64,000 nucleotides of DNA from Vitrella brassicaformis CCMP3155. Lineage: Eukaryota; Protista; Chromerida. Shown in pieces: positions 33,277-44,926 of the stretch. The notes beneath the pieces were generated by a model. It was not told the origin of the DNA, did not search any database, and saw only the letters and a list, made by a program, of their open reading frames with translations. The first letter of the stretch is position 1. Every line of letters starts with the position of its first letter. The position numbers and the translations under genes were made by a program. The stretch is taken from positions 62,001 to 126,000 of the forward strand of contig CDMY01000405.1 of NCBI GenBank assembly GCA_001179505.1. The letters are read 5' to 3'.

Positions 33277-36200
33277 TCAGGCCTTACTCGTGGGCACACC
33301 GCCCTCCTCACCACCACCACCCTCCTGCTCATTGTCGTCATCATCCTGGCCGCCCGCATCGGGCGACACTTCAAGTGCCTCGTCATTCGCTGGCTGCTCC
33401 CTTGGCTGCCCATTGCATGATTCAGCAGGCTGCTCTTCCTCTGCTGCTGCTGCTGCCTTTGCTGCTGCTGCCTCTGTTGCCTGATGTTCGCCCTCCTCCC
33501 CTGTCTCCGGGTGGTTCGTCTGGGCTGGCTGGGTATGCGTGTCATCTGGTGGAGGGGGTGGAGGTGGGGGAGGTGGTTGTGCCACAGGGCTAGCGGGGCT
33601 GGGAACGGCTGCCAGCTCTTCTCGGAGCCTCTCGAGCTCTGATTGAGTGCAGCACCACATACACATAAGAGGGCAAGAAACGACGCACCAGTGGATGTGG
33701 GGAGGATGCGTGTGTTGTGAGGCCTGTGTGGCCACGCTGACCTGTTTTGATGTCGCTGATCTGTTCGTCGATCTCAGCGGCCGCGTCGAAATCCTCACCG
33801 GCCACGGCCTCTTCCAGGCGCCCCTCGTGCTCAGCGACCGACCTCTCACGCTCAGCGATGGCCGCCTCAATCTCGCCCCTGCGCCGCTTCACCTCATCCC
33901 AATCAACCACTGCACCACCTTCGGCATCGGTCTTCTCACCCTCCTCGCCTGCTGCTGCTGCTGCTGCTGGTGCTTCTGCTGGTGATGGTGCTGGCGGTGC
34001 AGGCTGCTGCTGCTCCTTTGACTCTTTCCCTTCCTCTGCTTCTCCCTCCTTGTCTTTTTCTTCAGTATCGGCCTCTTCTGCATGAGTCTCCTCCATGAGA
34101 ACGTCCACACGGCTGCCCCCGTGCTGAGGCGAGTGCGATGAGGGCGATGGCGTCCTGTCGTGCTCACTCGGCGTCCCCTCGTCGGTCATGTTGTACTTCT
34201 CGGCCAGCAGCCGGATGGTGGTGCGACAGACGTCCACCTCTGCCTCCAACGTCTGTTTCTCCAGCGGGTCGGGTGATGTCCGGATGAGTGACAGGAGGCC
34301 GCTCCAGCGCTTCTTGGTGACCTCGATCTCCAGCCGGTCGGCGCGCTCCTCTGCCTCAGCCAATTCAGACTGTGCACGCTCCTCGCGCTCGCGACACGAA
34401 CGCAGGTGCTGAAAGGATGAAAGGAAAACAGGAGGCACAGAGGGAGGGAGGGAGGGAGGGGTCGTGTCATGTGTGTGAGAGGGATGAGGGTGTGTGTCGT
34501 TGCTCTCGTCTCACTGCGTACCTCTCTGAGGCTTTCGATGTCGTCTCCCAGACCGGCCAGCTCTGTCTGAATCCGCTGCTGCTCCTCCTCCAGAGACTGG
34601 ACACACACAGACACACACAATGAATGAGCCGACGGGCACTCGGTCTCTGGTTGGTGTAGCGCTGACCTTGATTTCGTTGGTGATGCGGCCCGCCTCCTTG
34701 AACGCCCGCTGAGACACCGCCACCTTCTTCTCAGCATCCAGGATCGGCAGACGCGCAGTAATCGTGCTCAGCTGACTCCTGCACCCGGTGCACACACACA
34801 TGAATGTACACACATACGCACCACGCGACACTGCAATTCGCACCTGAGGTTGGTGGAGAGTGCCTCCTGTTTGCTGAGTGCTGCGGCGAGTTTCTGCGCC
34901 TCCGCGGTGGACTGCTCGACCTTTGATCGGACGGCGGCCAGCTCCATCTGGTGCTTGGCGCCCTGGCTCAGCCACCGCCGCCGGTGCTGCAGGTGGGTCG
35001 ACAGATGGGAGGCACGCTTGCACATCGACAGGCCCTCTGAGCGGAGCCGCTCGAGATCTGACTCAAGCCTGCACACACATACATGGGGCAGGGGGGATGG
35101 GTGTGTCACGCCATCATGCTCTCTACCTTACCTTTGTAGGTTTTTCTTGGACATGGCCCGGTCGTTCTCGAGAGCGGCCTTCTGGTGCTCCAGCTGCAGA
35201 CAGAAACCACCACACACATCCACCACCCACAGATCCGACGCACATCGACAGGTGTGTTTGTTGGTTGCCGCAGTGACCAACCGGCCGACCGACCTGCGCC
35301 TCGTCGGCCTTGAGGTCCTCCTTAGCCTCGAGTATCCTCCGCTCGTTGTCCTGTATGCGGTGGAGCTGCTTCTCAAACTTGGAGCGGATGGCGTGGATAC
35401 GGATGTCGCACGCCTCTATCACCTCGCCCAGCTGCTTCTGATGCGCACGCTTCTCGGCCAACTGACGCTCCAACTCGATGATCTCCGCATCGACCGTCCT
35501 GCAGACAGAGCAGCCAGGGGGTTTTTGTGAGTGTGTGTGTGTGTGTGTTGTTGTTGTTGTCACGTGTGGTGTGTGTGTGTGTGTCGGGGCACCTCTTCTG
35601 TTCAGCTGCGTCATCTCTCTCTTTCCGGTGGTCGCCCGTCTGGGAGTCGATGGCCGCCTCCACCTGATCACACACACGGAGAAGGGACGGTTGTGCGTTT
35701 CTTGTCCTGGCCTTTCCATGCCGCAACTTGGCACCTGTGCGATTTCCTCCTGGCTGTGTGTGTGGTCCCGCTCGATGTGCCCCCTGGCCATTGCGATCCG
35801 CTGCTCCTCAACCTGGATGCGGTGCGCCTCGCCAGCCAAACGCTCCTCATCACGCCCACCCTGGGTCGACAGATCAGCCTCCTCCTGAACCAACAGCTCC
35901 TTCAGACGGGACTGGGCACGCTCTGTCAGCTGTGGGCAAAGGCAGAGAGGGAGGGAGGGAGGGAAAGATTGGAATGGTTGTGCTCTTATGTGGTTTCGTG
36001 CGCCGGTCGCTCACCTTGAGTTGTGCCTCGGTGATCTCGAGCAGCTGTGAGGCGATGCGTTGCTGCGCCTCGGATGCGCTCGCCATCGAATCAAGCTTGG
36101 CAGCAACCTGGGGGAACAGCAGACAGACAGGGGTGTGTGTGTGTGTACGTGTGTCTGGTTGTCGATGTCCGTCCTACCTTTGCTTTGATGTCGATGATTT

Positions 36201-38146
36201 TGGCGTCAAGTTTCTCGGCCTCCTCGAACTGCTCCTCCTCCACCAGTCTGTTCTGCTCCACCTCGGTCTGACCCACCTGCTCCTTCAGAGTCGCTATCTC
36301 CTGCACATACGCACAGCCATCCATCCACACACTGACACATTGACACACAGACAGACGGACGGTACCTAGGTACCTACCTGTGTGAGTGTGTGGTTCCTCA
36401 TGGCCTGCTGTTGCTGCTGCTGGATGAGGTCCTGGTGCGCCTTGAGGCTCCTGGCCGTCCGGGCCTGCATCCAGTACTGCACACCCGCCAGAGTCGCCTC
36501 CTGCTCTACCTCCCTCGCCCTTCCACCACCACCACCACCCCAAGAGCCACTCTCCGTCCCTACACACACGTACACACATGTCACTGATTGATGCACTCCC
36601 TCGCTCATCAACAAGGGTGTCTGTGGCGTGGGGTACCCTCTTCTCTGGGCAGTGGGCTGGCAGTGGGGGATGACGTGCGAGACGTGATAGAGGGAGGGGG
36701 TGGTGGTGGCGGGGGCGGTGGGGTGGGCGGTGGCTCCGACTGCTGTGAGGTGCTCTCGGAAGGGGGCACCACGGCAGGCTTCACTGCGGTCGGTTTCACC
36801 TGCTGCTGCTGCTGCTGCTCTGGCGGAACAGCGGCGCTCAGAGAGGGAGAGCTCATGGGAGACGGATGCTGAAACACAAAACCCAACACCAACAGAGCAT
36901 CATCAATACCACCCCAGACGGTCTCACCTGTGGTGGTTGTGGCCGGCTGTGTGTGAAGGTGAGGGGCGTCACGGACATGGACGCCACTCTGGGAGGGGGA
37001 GGGGGCGGGGGCCTTCCACCAGCACCCCCTCCCTGGTCGCCCCTGTCGTCACTCTTGACGCTGCTCGTGTCGAGAGTGTGTGTTGAGGCTGCTGACGGTG
37101 GTGGCTCCGGGTGCAGCTGGGGCGATGTGGATGGCAGGGAGGGTGGCTGTGACGATGGCAGTGATGGCGGCAGCGAGGGGGGCTGGGAGTGAGGGGCGCG
37201 CGCCGCATAGCCAGGCAGGTTCGCACGGCGCGTCTTCTTCCGCCTCTGCAGGGGTCCGTCCAGTACACACAGGGAGATGGACGGACACCACACTCATGTC
37301 AAAGCCTACTAGTGTGGGGCCCACCCCATACTTCACTCTCCCTCCCTCACCGTATCTGTGGCGTGTGGATGCGTCTGAGGGATCACCCCGTCAGCCGCTG
37401 GCGTGGGGCGCGCAGCGATGGTGGCTGCCGTGGCGAAGGAGAAAGGGGATGGACGCTCATCGCCCCTCGAATCACTCGCCGAAGCAGAAACAGCAGCGGG
37501 AGCAGGAGGAGGGTGATCTGACCACACACAAACACACACACGCACCATCCGTCTGACGATAGATATCCATGAGACCTAATTATTCATCATTCTCTCACCC
37601 TGGCCAGCGCCTTCCGCCTCCCCGTCTGCAGGAGTGTCTGTCCGCCCGTTGGCCTCACTGCCGCCCGCCCCCGACAGAAACGAGAAGGCAGACGATATCA
37701 GCGACTGTCGCCCAACCGTCTTGTCCTTCTCTGGCGCGGGTGTGGGTGGCGGCGGCTGCTCGGCTGCCGTGGGAGCCACGAAGGAGAATGCAGAGGAGCT
37801 GCTGGGCGGGGCCGCATCTGCTGCAGATGAGATGAATGGTATCAGGCAAGAACTCGTTCGTCGTGTGGACGAATGTGTGTGTGTGTGTGTGTGTTTGCTG
37901 GTTGTTTCCTGTCAGTCAGTCACCTGTTGGCTTCTTGTGTGAGAGTGACAGTCCTGAGAAGAGGAAACCGGCAGCTGAGCCGCCGCTGCTCTCGGCCGGA
38001 GATGCCTCTGGAAACCACAATATCATGACAACACAGCGCACCTTGTGGAGTGAGTGGTGATCTCCCTGCGTGTGTGTGCCGGGACACTCCGCTGCCTCAC
38101 CTGGCGTCGCAGATTCGCTCGTGTTGTCAGCGCTTGGATCTTGCAT
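33277..38146 (-). CDS. Large coiled-coil protein with three UVR (UvrB/UvrC-type) motifs
   Basis: Start MQDPSADNTSESATP with a low-complexity N-terminus. Motifs: NRLVEEEQFEEAEKLDAKIIDIK, EKKVAVSQRAFKEAGRITNEIK and EEAVAGEDFDAAAEIDEQISDIK. Long heptad-like exons. Stop at 33277-33279. Confidence 0.75.
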
Positions 38147-38257
38147 CGATCTTTCGTCAAAATCAAGCTAGAGCTGCCGTCGCCGTGAGTGAACACTCAC
38201 CAACTATCAAAATCGCAAGAGGAGCGGCAGCTTTCGCGCCAGCCCTGCGAGCTTTGT

Positions 38258-38280
38258 AAGCCCTAACCCCTTGAACCCTG
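38258..38280. promoter_or_regulatory. Degenerate telo-box-like motifs in the divergent UVR-gene/MIOX promoter
   Basis: AAGCCCTAACCCCTTGAACCCTG. Confidence 0.35.
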
Positions 38281-38488
38281 CTCTGTCTTGGTCCCCTTGT
38301 TTCAGGGGGGGGAAACTGTCATTAACCGTAACACTCGTCTGTGTGTCCGTGATACTCATACAAATACAGTCCCATCAGCACGCAGACTCAAACAGGCTCA
38401 AGGGGAGGAGGGATCAATCCCCTTGTTTCTGCTTCTCTTCTCGGCACAGCTGTCTGGGTATCCTTGTTGTCTCGTCTGAAGCAGAAAA

Positions 38489-39042
38489 ATGCCCTGCCTT
38501 GGCGCGACTGGCACAGCGGCGGGTGTGGAAGAGGCGAGCAGGCCAAGGGAGGAGTACAGGACCTACGAGTTGGTGCAGGGAGACGCCACGAGCGAGAGGG
38601 TCTACAACCACTACAGGTCAGTGAGATGAGCAAAGGTCACTGATGAGTCTCTGCGCACCTATGTTGTGACTGTCTGTCTGTGTCTGTCTGTCTGTGTGGG
38701 TCAGGGAGCAGCACGAGAAGATGACGTTGGATTACGTGCGTCGGAAGAAGGCCGAGTACGGTTGCCTTGATGGATTGGGGAGCTACCAGCCCAAGGCCGA
38801 GTGGACCATCCCGGAAATCATCCAAAGACTCGACTTCTTTGACCCCTCTGACCCTGGTCGGTGCGCTGGTTTGTCACTCGCACAATCGCGACAATCACAG
38901 CGCCGACGGGCCAACATGAGCAGGGTTGACAAGTGGTCGTTGTTGCGTGCAGACTTCGAGGACAACAATTTGTTCCACTGCTACCAGGTGAGGGAGGAGG
39001 AGACCAATCCGGTCATTCTCACGACGTGCCCTTGCATGGCTT

Positions 39043-39073
<31 letters not shown>

Positions 39074-40003
39074 ACTCATGGATCAGACAGCGGAGCGCGC
39101 TCGTGCCCGCTACCCCGAGGAGCGCTGGCTGCACTTTGCCGCTCTGGTCCATGACCTCGGCAAGATCCTCTTCATCTGGGGGGAACCCGCTTGGGCCGTG
39201 TGCGGCGACACCTACCCTGTAAGCTCACCACACCACACCCTTCCTTCACTTGGGGTGGGTAGGTATGCTCTCGTGTGCAGCCAGCTAGCTCGGTGTGTGT
39301 GTGTGTGACTGACACACAGGTTGGTTGCCGGTTCCAGCGGGAGAAGATAGTCTTCCCCGAGACGTTTGATGGCAACCCTGACGAGATGGATGCGGTCTTG
39401 TCGAGCCCCCTTGGCATCTACCAGCCGGGGTGCGGACTCATGAACCTTCACATGGCATGGGGGTGAGCGTAGCGTGCAGCACACACACACACGCACACAC
39501 ATTGACACGCATTGACACACACGACATCCTCCTTGTTCTGCGTCTGGATGACTTCTCCTGGTCTCTCAGGCACGATGAGCTGTTCTACTGGGTGAGCAAG
39601 AACACACGCACTGAGAGGATGGCAAAACGAACGAACACGTGTGTGCGTGTGTGCCCAGGCTCTGAAGCGTGCCGATGAAGAGCACCATCTCCAGCTGGAC
39701 CCCCGCATCCCGTACATTGTGCGGTTCCACTCCTTCTACCCGTGGCACAGCGGCGGCGCCTACATGGAGTTCGAAGACGACCTCGACAGACAGATGCTGC
39801 CCTGGATCAAGAAAGTCAGTCACCACACAAAGCACAACGCGCCTTCATTGATGGAATGTGCGTGTGTGGTTCAGTTCCAGGAGCTAGACCTGTACTCGAA
39901 GGACGGTGCCGAGAGCGCCCTGCCGGACATTGAGAAGCTCAACAAGGAGTACTACGACCAACTCATTGGCGAGTTTTCGCACAACGTCAAACTGAAGCTC
40001 TGA
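38489..40003 (+). CDS. MIOX: myo-Inositol oxygenase (multi-exon)
   Basis: YR|EQHEKMTLDYV, DPSDP|DFEDNNLFHCYQ|TAE, ALVHDLGK, WAVCGDTYP|VGC, GIYQPGCGL...MAWG|HDEL, IVRFHSFYPWH and DLYSK. The di-iron ligand His/Asp motifs are present. Confidence 0.95.
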
Positions 40004-41049
40004 TGCGGTGAAGTAGGTCAGAGGGGAGGGAGAGGAGGGAGGGAGGGAGGGAGGGAGTGATGTCGACATGCACTGACTGAGCAGCAATGGGTAGGCGGGT
40101 CAGCCCCCTTGCTGCAGTGCATGCTATGCTACGCTATGGTGCTTCTCCGTTTCTCCCGTTGGTTGCTTCATTAGCTATTTGTTGGTGCCGTGCCTTGCCG
40201 TGCCGGTGTAGCTGCCAGACGTGATGGTGATATGACGTAACATGCTCATTTGTTGTTGTCTCCCTGACCACTACTGTGGTCGCACTCGCTTCATACACAC
40301 ACACATACTATCAGGACACCTGGCTGCCTACTTGCCGGTCGAGCGGTGGCGTGCTGGTCTGTGAGTGAGTGAGAATGATGTGATGGCTGGGTAGCTGTCG
40401 CACGGGCGATGTCCAAATGCTGTCTGTGAGGCAGGCCTACATGGGTGGTTATTGGGTGGTGGTGGTGCGTCTCTGTCCCTCTCTCCCATCTCTCTTCTGT
40501 CACTTGTCCCCACAGGAAAAAGAGGGTCGTGAGAGAGTTTGACTAGTTAGTGCTGCCATGCCCAAGACAAACAGACCCGTGCATGACGATGCCAATCGGT
40601 TCATGACAACTACACTCACACAGTCAATCTGCCATTCCTAGCCAGCCACTTGCCCGCCCCCCTCCCCCGACAAAAAGACTCAACAGTGTGTGTTGCATCG
40701 TATCCTCAGCGAGCCACAGGGCAGCCGCAGTTAACCAGCGCATGCACACGTAGGTACATGTAAGTACCAAAACGCCCTCATGCACGTCACGTGTGCAATG
40801 CACTGCACGCATGGGACTTAACCACACTGATAAAGCTCTTGTCGCTAACCATACCGATAAAGCTCTTGTCGTTCTCTCGCACAGGAAGGCACTCAGACGA
40901 TGGATGACGATGACACACAAGACGACAAGAGACGACAAGATGCAACACATCCGATGAATGCAAGGCATGAAGTCCATTGCACATCAAGGCCGTGGGGACG
41001 AAGTTCCGTCAACACCTGTCTGCAGACCATTGCAGACCGTCATCCACCC

Positions 41050-44000
41050 AACGGAGAGGACCCAGTGGGCTCCCGTCTCGAATCCAAGTAGGGCTGTCTG
41101 CAACTGAAGTACAACACACACACACAAACGGACACACACTTGACTTGACTTGACCGTAGGAAGAATTATCTGGTGGGCTCCGACATTAACTGCGTACTTA
41201 CGTGTGTTCTGGGCAGATTTTGTCTTCCGTCGGCATGGGGGCCATCCACTTATCAAAACACTCCCCACACACAACCTGCATTCACCGCACCAACAGACCA
41301 ATCCATACCAGCCAACACACACACACACACATCATGTGACACACAATTAAAGGCCGGCCGCTGAACTGAAGGCGTCTGTGCTGTCGATCAACATGCGTCT
41401 CACTTTGTGTCGGCAGGGAAGCAGGATGACGTTTGGCTCATTTAGCAGACACACACAGCACTTGACCTCCTTCGTCTCAATGACACCGCCGATGGATGCA
41501 GCAGCAGCAGCAGTAGCAGCAGTAGCGGCGGCCGACGGGCCGGCAGGCGGCTGAGCATGAGACGATGCACTGGAGGCACCCACGGCAGCGGGCGCATGGC
41601 GGACAGGTGGTGCCGTGGGAGGCTGGAGGGGAGGGGTCAGTGGGACGGGCGGCTCGTGGTGGCGGAATGATGAAGACGATGACGGACGGCTGGGTGCTGA
41701 CGCTGGACCGGGGAACGACCATCTGACCACACACAGCCGCATACACATATACATACAGGCAGGCATGCAAGACAGACAGACAGACAAATGAAAGGGCCGA
41801 TAGGTGCAGTGCATGACAGGTGACCTTTCCTTCTGCCGCCCGGGCCAGCTGGCTTTTCTTACTGGTCTTGGAGAGGCGATGCCACCTGGTCTGTTTGGGC
41901 CGCCTTGCCTCTCCTCTTTCGGCCGACGCGCATGAATGGGCCCGCATCATCACTCGACCCTTGCTGCTGTTGTGGCACAGTGCTGCGATCCATTGGCGGC
42001 ACCGACGGCTCATTGGACGACACAGAGGAAGGTGGACATGCGCCTAAGGGGGGGCGCTGGGGAGAGGGGGATGCTGGGCGGGGGAGAGAGTCATGGCCAT
42101 CTTGGACCTTGTCGGCATGGCCAACACTGCCAGCCCAGCCAACAGACAAAGCAACAAACAAAGCACCATCACTGCATGTGTAAGTAGTCGGCTGGATACT
42201 AGAGAATACACACCTACCTGGGCAGGTTCTTGTCGGCAGCTTTGCTGCGCTTCTTGGCTTTGGATTTCTTGCTGCTCTTGGAGCTGCTGGGCGTCTCTTT
42301 GTTGCCCTCATTGATGTCGAATTCGGCCAACTCCGCTGCCAGCTGTGCATCGGCCCGCTCGTTGGCCGCCCTCTCTATCTCGGCAAAGAAATCCAGCAAC
42401 TGCAACGTATTATTCACACCACGCATGGCATGCCAATATGTCTAGGTGTGCCGTGCCCATGTGGCATGAATAGCTCAGCTCCCTCCCTCACCGACCTTAC
42501 CTTCTTGGAGGCATCGAGTTGAGTCTGCTGGTGCCCCTTTCTCCTGGCCGGCTGCCCGGCAGCCCGCAGCGCCTTGACCGCCTCGTTCTGCAATATCGCT
42601 CGGGTGACGGTATTGGCCCGCAAAGTGCCGCGCTTGTTGGTGCTCACTCTGTCGCCATACCTGCAGGCAGGTGCAGAAAGGAGGACGCGTCACGTCACCT
42701 GTGCTAGGCGCACATGGATGGATGCGTTGCAGGCACACTTACGCGACGAGTGCGCGGAGAGTGGCGATGGTGAAGTCGACAAACTGTGCGCACATGTCAT
42801 CGGACAGGCGCTTGGGACACATGGCGACCATCTCACAGAGAGAGGCGGGGAGGCCTTCACGCACAGCAATCTGACACACAGGCAGAGACACGGACAAAGA
42901 GAGAGACAAGAGGATCACTGCACTGCGTGTTGCCGGCGACAGCTCACTGCGCTCTCTCGCCTAGCTACCTTAGCGCGGGCATCCGTCATGTCGCCAGACT
43001 CGGTGCCAACCATGTTTAGGAAATGGGTCGTCCAGTAGCGCACGTCATCCTCTGGTGAGTGTGGCAGCCTGGCCCTGTGCTCGCTGATGCCCCGCATCAG
43101 GGAAATGCAACCCGAGCTGTACACCTCATCTCTGTACCCACACCCTGCAAGCCAAGCCAAGCCAAGCCAAGCGCATGCAATGGAACACACAACACGCAAT
43201 CAGTCTGGACAGCCACTGGGGTGTCGTGCACGTGTCGCTGTGTATGTGAGCAAGCCCTTACTTGCGACGAGTGAAGGGATGACGAGTGCCAAGAGCCCGT
43301 CCCCGCCTTTTCTCATGTGCTGGGTGAACGCCTCGAGAGATCCGGGCGAGCGCATCAGACGCTGGACAGGTCCGTTGGGCATATTTGCAAAGTAGGGATA
43401 ACCTGCATTGCATACGCACAGCCAGCACCGACATGCAGCCAGCGATCCGTTCACCGATCGGTGTCATGTGTCGTATGCATGATGTCGATTAATGGCGGTA
43501 GGGAGCATTGCACTCACTCACGAACAAGACCCCGACAAAATCGTAGCAGCAGCGGAAGATGAACTCGAGGCAGAGGGCGGCACTGCTGCGCAGCTCCTGC
43601 CGAGCATCGGGCGACGTCAGGATAGTGGCCAGTGTGTCGATGTGGGGGTAGACTTGGTGGTACAGGACATCGAGGCACTCAAACTTGTCTTTGTCCGACC
43701 CTGACCGAGTCATGACCACAGAATCACACCACACCACACCACAGGCACATGCAAACGGACTGACACACGAACCCCTCTCCCTCTCTCCCTCCCTCCCTCC
43801 CTCCCTCCCTGTCGGCCTGTCTGTCTGCCTGTCTGTCGTAACTCACCTTTGCTTCGCACCCAGTCTGTGGTGGTAGAGAGGAGCGAAACAATAGAGGTCG
43901 AGGGGGTCCCCAGTAGGCTCCCCAATATGCTGCACAAAAAAGGCATCACACAGACAGACATACACCCTCCCTGATGCATACGAACGGCCGCTTACTGTTG

Positions 44001-44790
44001 TTGCTCGTGGGCCGTTCGATGCCGGGTCATGACCTGGACCAGCAGTTTCCACAGGCCGCCCCAGAGGAACATCGGCATCCCAGTGGGCGGCAAGGGCTGG
44101 CCATATTCCTCGCCTATGCTGTACATGTTGTTGAGCAGCACCATCGTCAATCCGAATGCAACGTTGTCACCCACGTGCCGCTCCGCCCACGACAGAGCCC
44201 TTCTCAGCGCCCCTGGGTGGCGCTGCACGAGGTAGTCGCGGGACTCGGCTCCATCGCCGCGTTGCCTGCCTTCGCCCATGGCCTCCGCGAGCAGCATCAA
44301 GGTGAACGACTCCATGTGCTCCTCCATGCTGTCGGCTTCTGCGAAGACGCGCGACAGGGACGCAATGAGGTCACGGGGCGACCCCGATACCGAGATGAGT
44401 TTGCGGGCGAGGCGGTGGGTGCCGGACTCGTCGCCCAGCCGCCAAATGGTCAGGAGCAGATCCGCCGCCCTCTCCTGCCGCCAGCTGTCGCTGACATCCG
44501 TGAAGACCGACAGCACACGCCGAAGCAGGTTGTCATTGTGGAGCGATTGAAGGGCTTCTGCTTGCAGCTTCCGCTTGCAATTAGCGCAATGCTGTTGGTG
44601 TTGGAGACGATTGGCTCTCTCGAGGTAGTGCTCGGCGAGGATGATCATGTTCAAGTCCGTCTGTTCTCGTGAGAGGGGTGCCGACGAGGAGAGGTCATCA
44701 ATCGCCGACCGGACGGAGAAATGGACCTGGAGAGGGGAGCAGCTCTTACCACACTCACTCCTCGTCGTCATTCTCAGAAGCCTTTCCACC
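41050..44790 (-). CDS. Helical (ARM/HEAT-like) protein with C-terminal RING finger; both ends approximate
   Basis: Long exon ORF 43992-44792 plus several helical exons, then AERADAQLAAEL and a Lys-rich linker. C-terminal RING: CCVCLLNEPNVILLPCRHK|VVCGECFDKWMAPMPTEDKICPEH. Confidence 0.7.
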
Positions 44791-44926
44791 AAGGGCTGAC
44801 TCGTTTCGTCAACGTCGTAGCTTGCCGTCCGGCGTCATGCGCGACGGGGAAAAAAGAGCACCATTTGCGAGCTCGAGGGAGGGATCGTTTGACGGGGAGG
44901 GAGGGAAGAGGAAGCCTGATCTGGCC

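Noticed and set aside
40826-40871. Two copies of GATAAAGCTCTTGTCG 27 bp apart
   Set aside because: Only two units with no spacer series; not CRISPR-like and no element between them.
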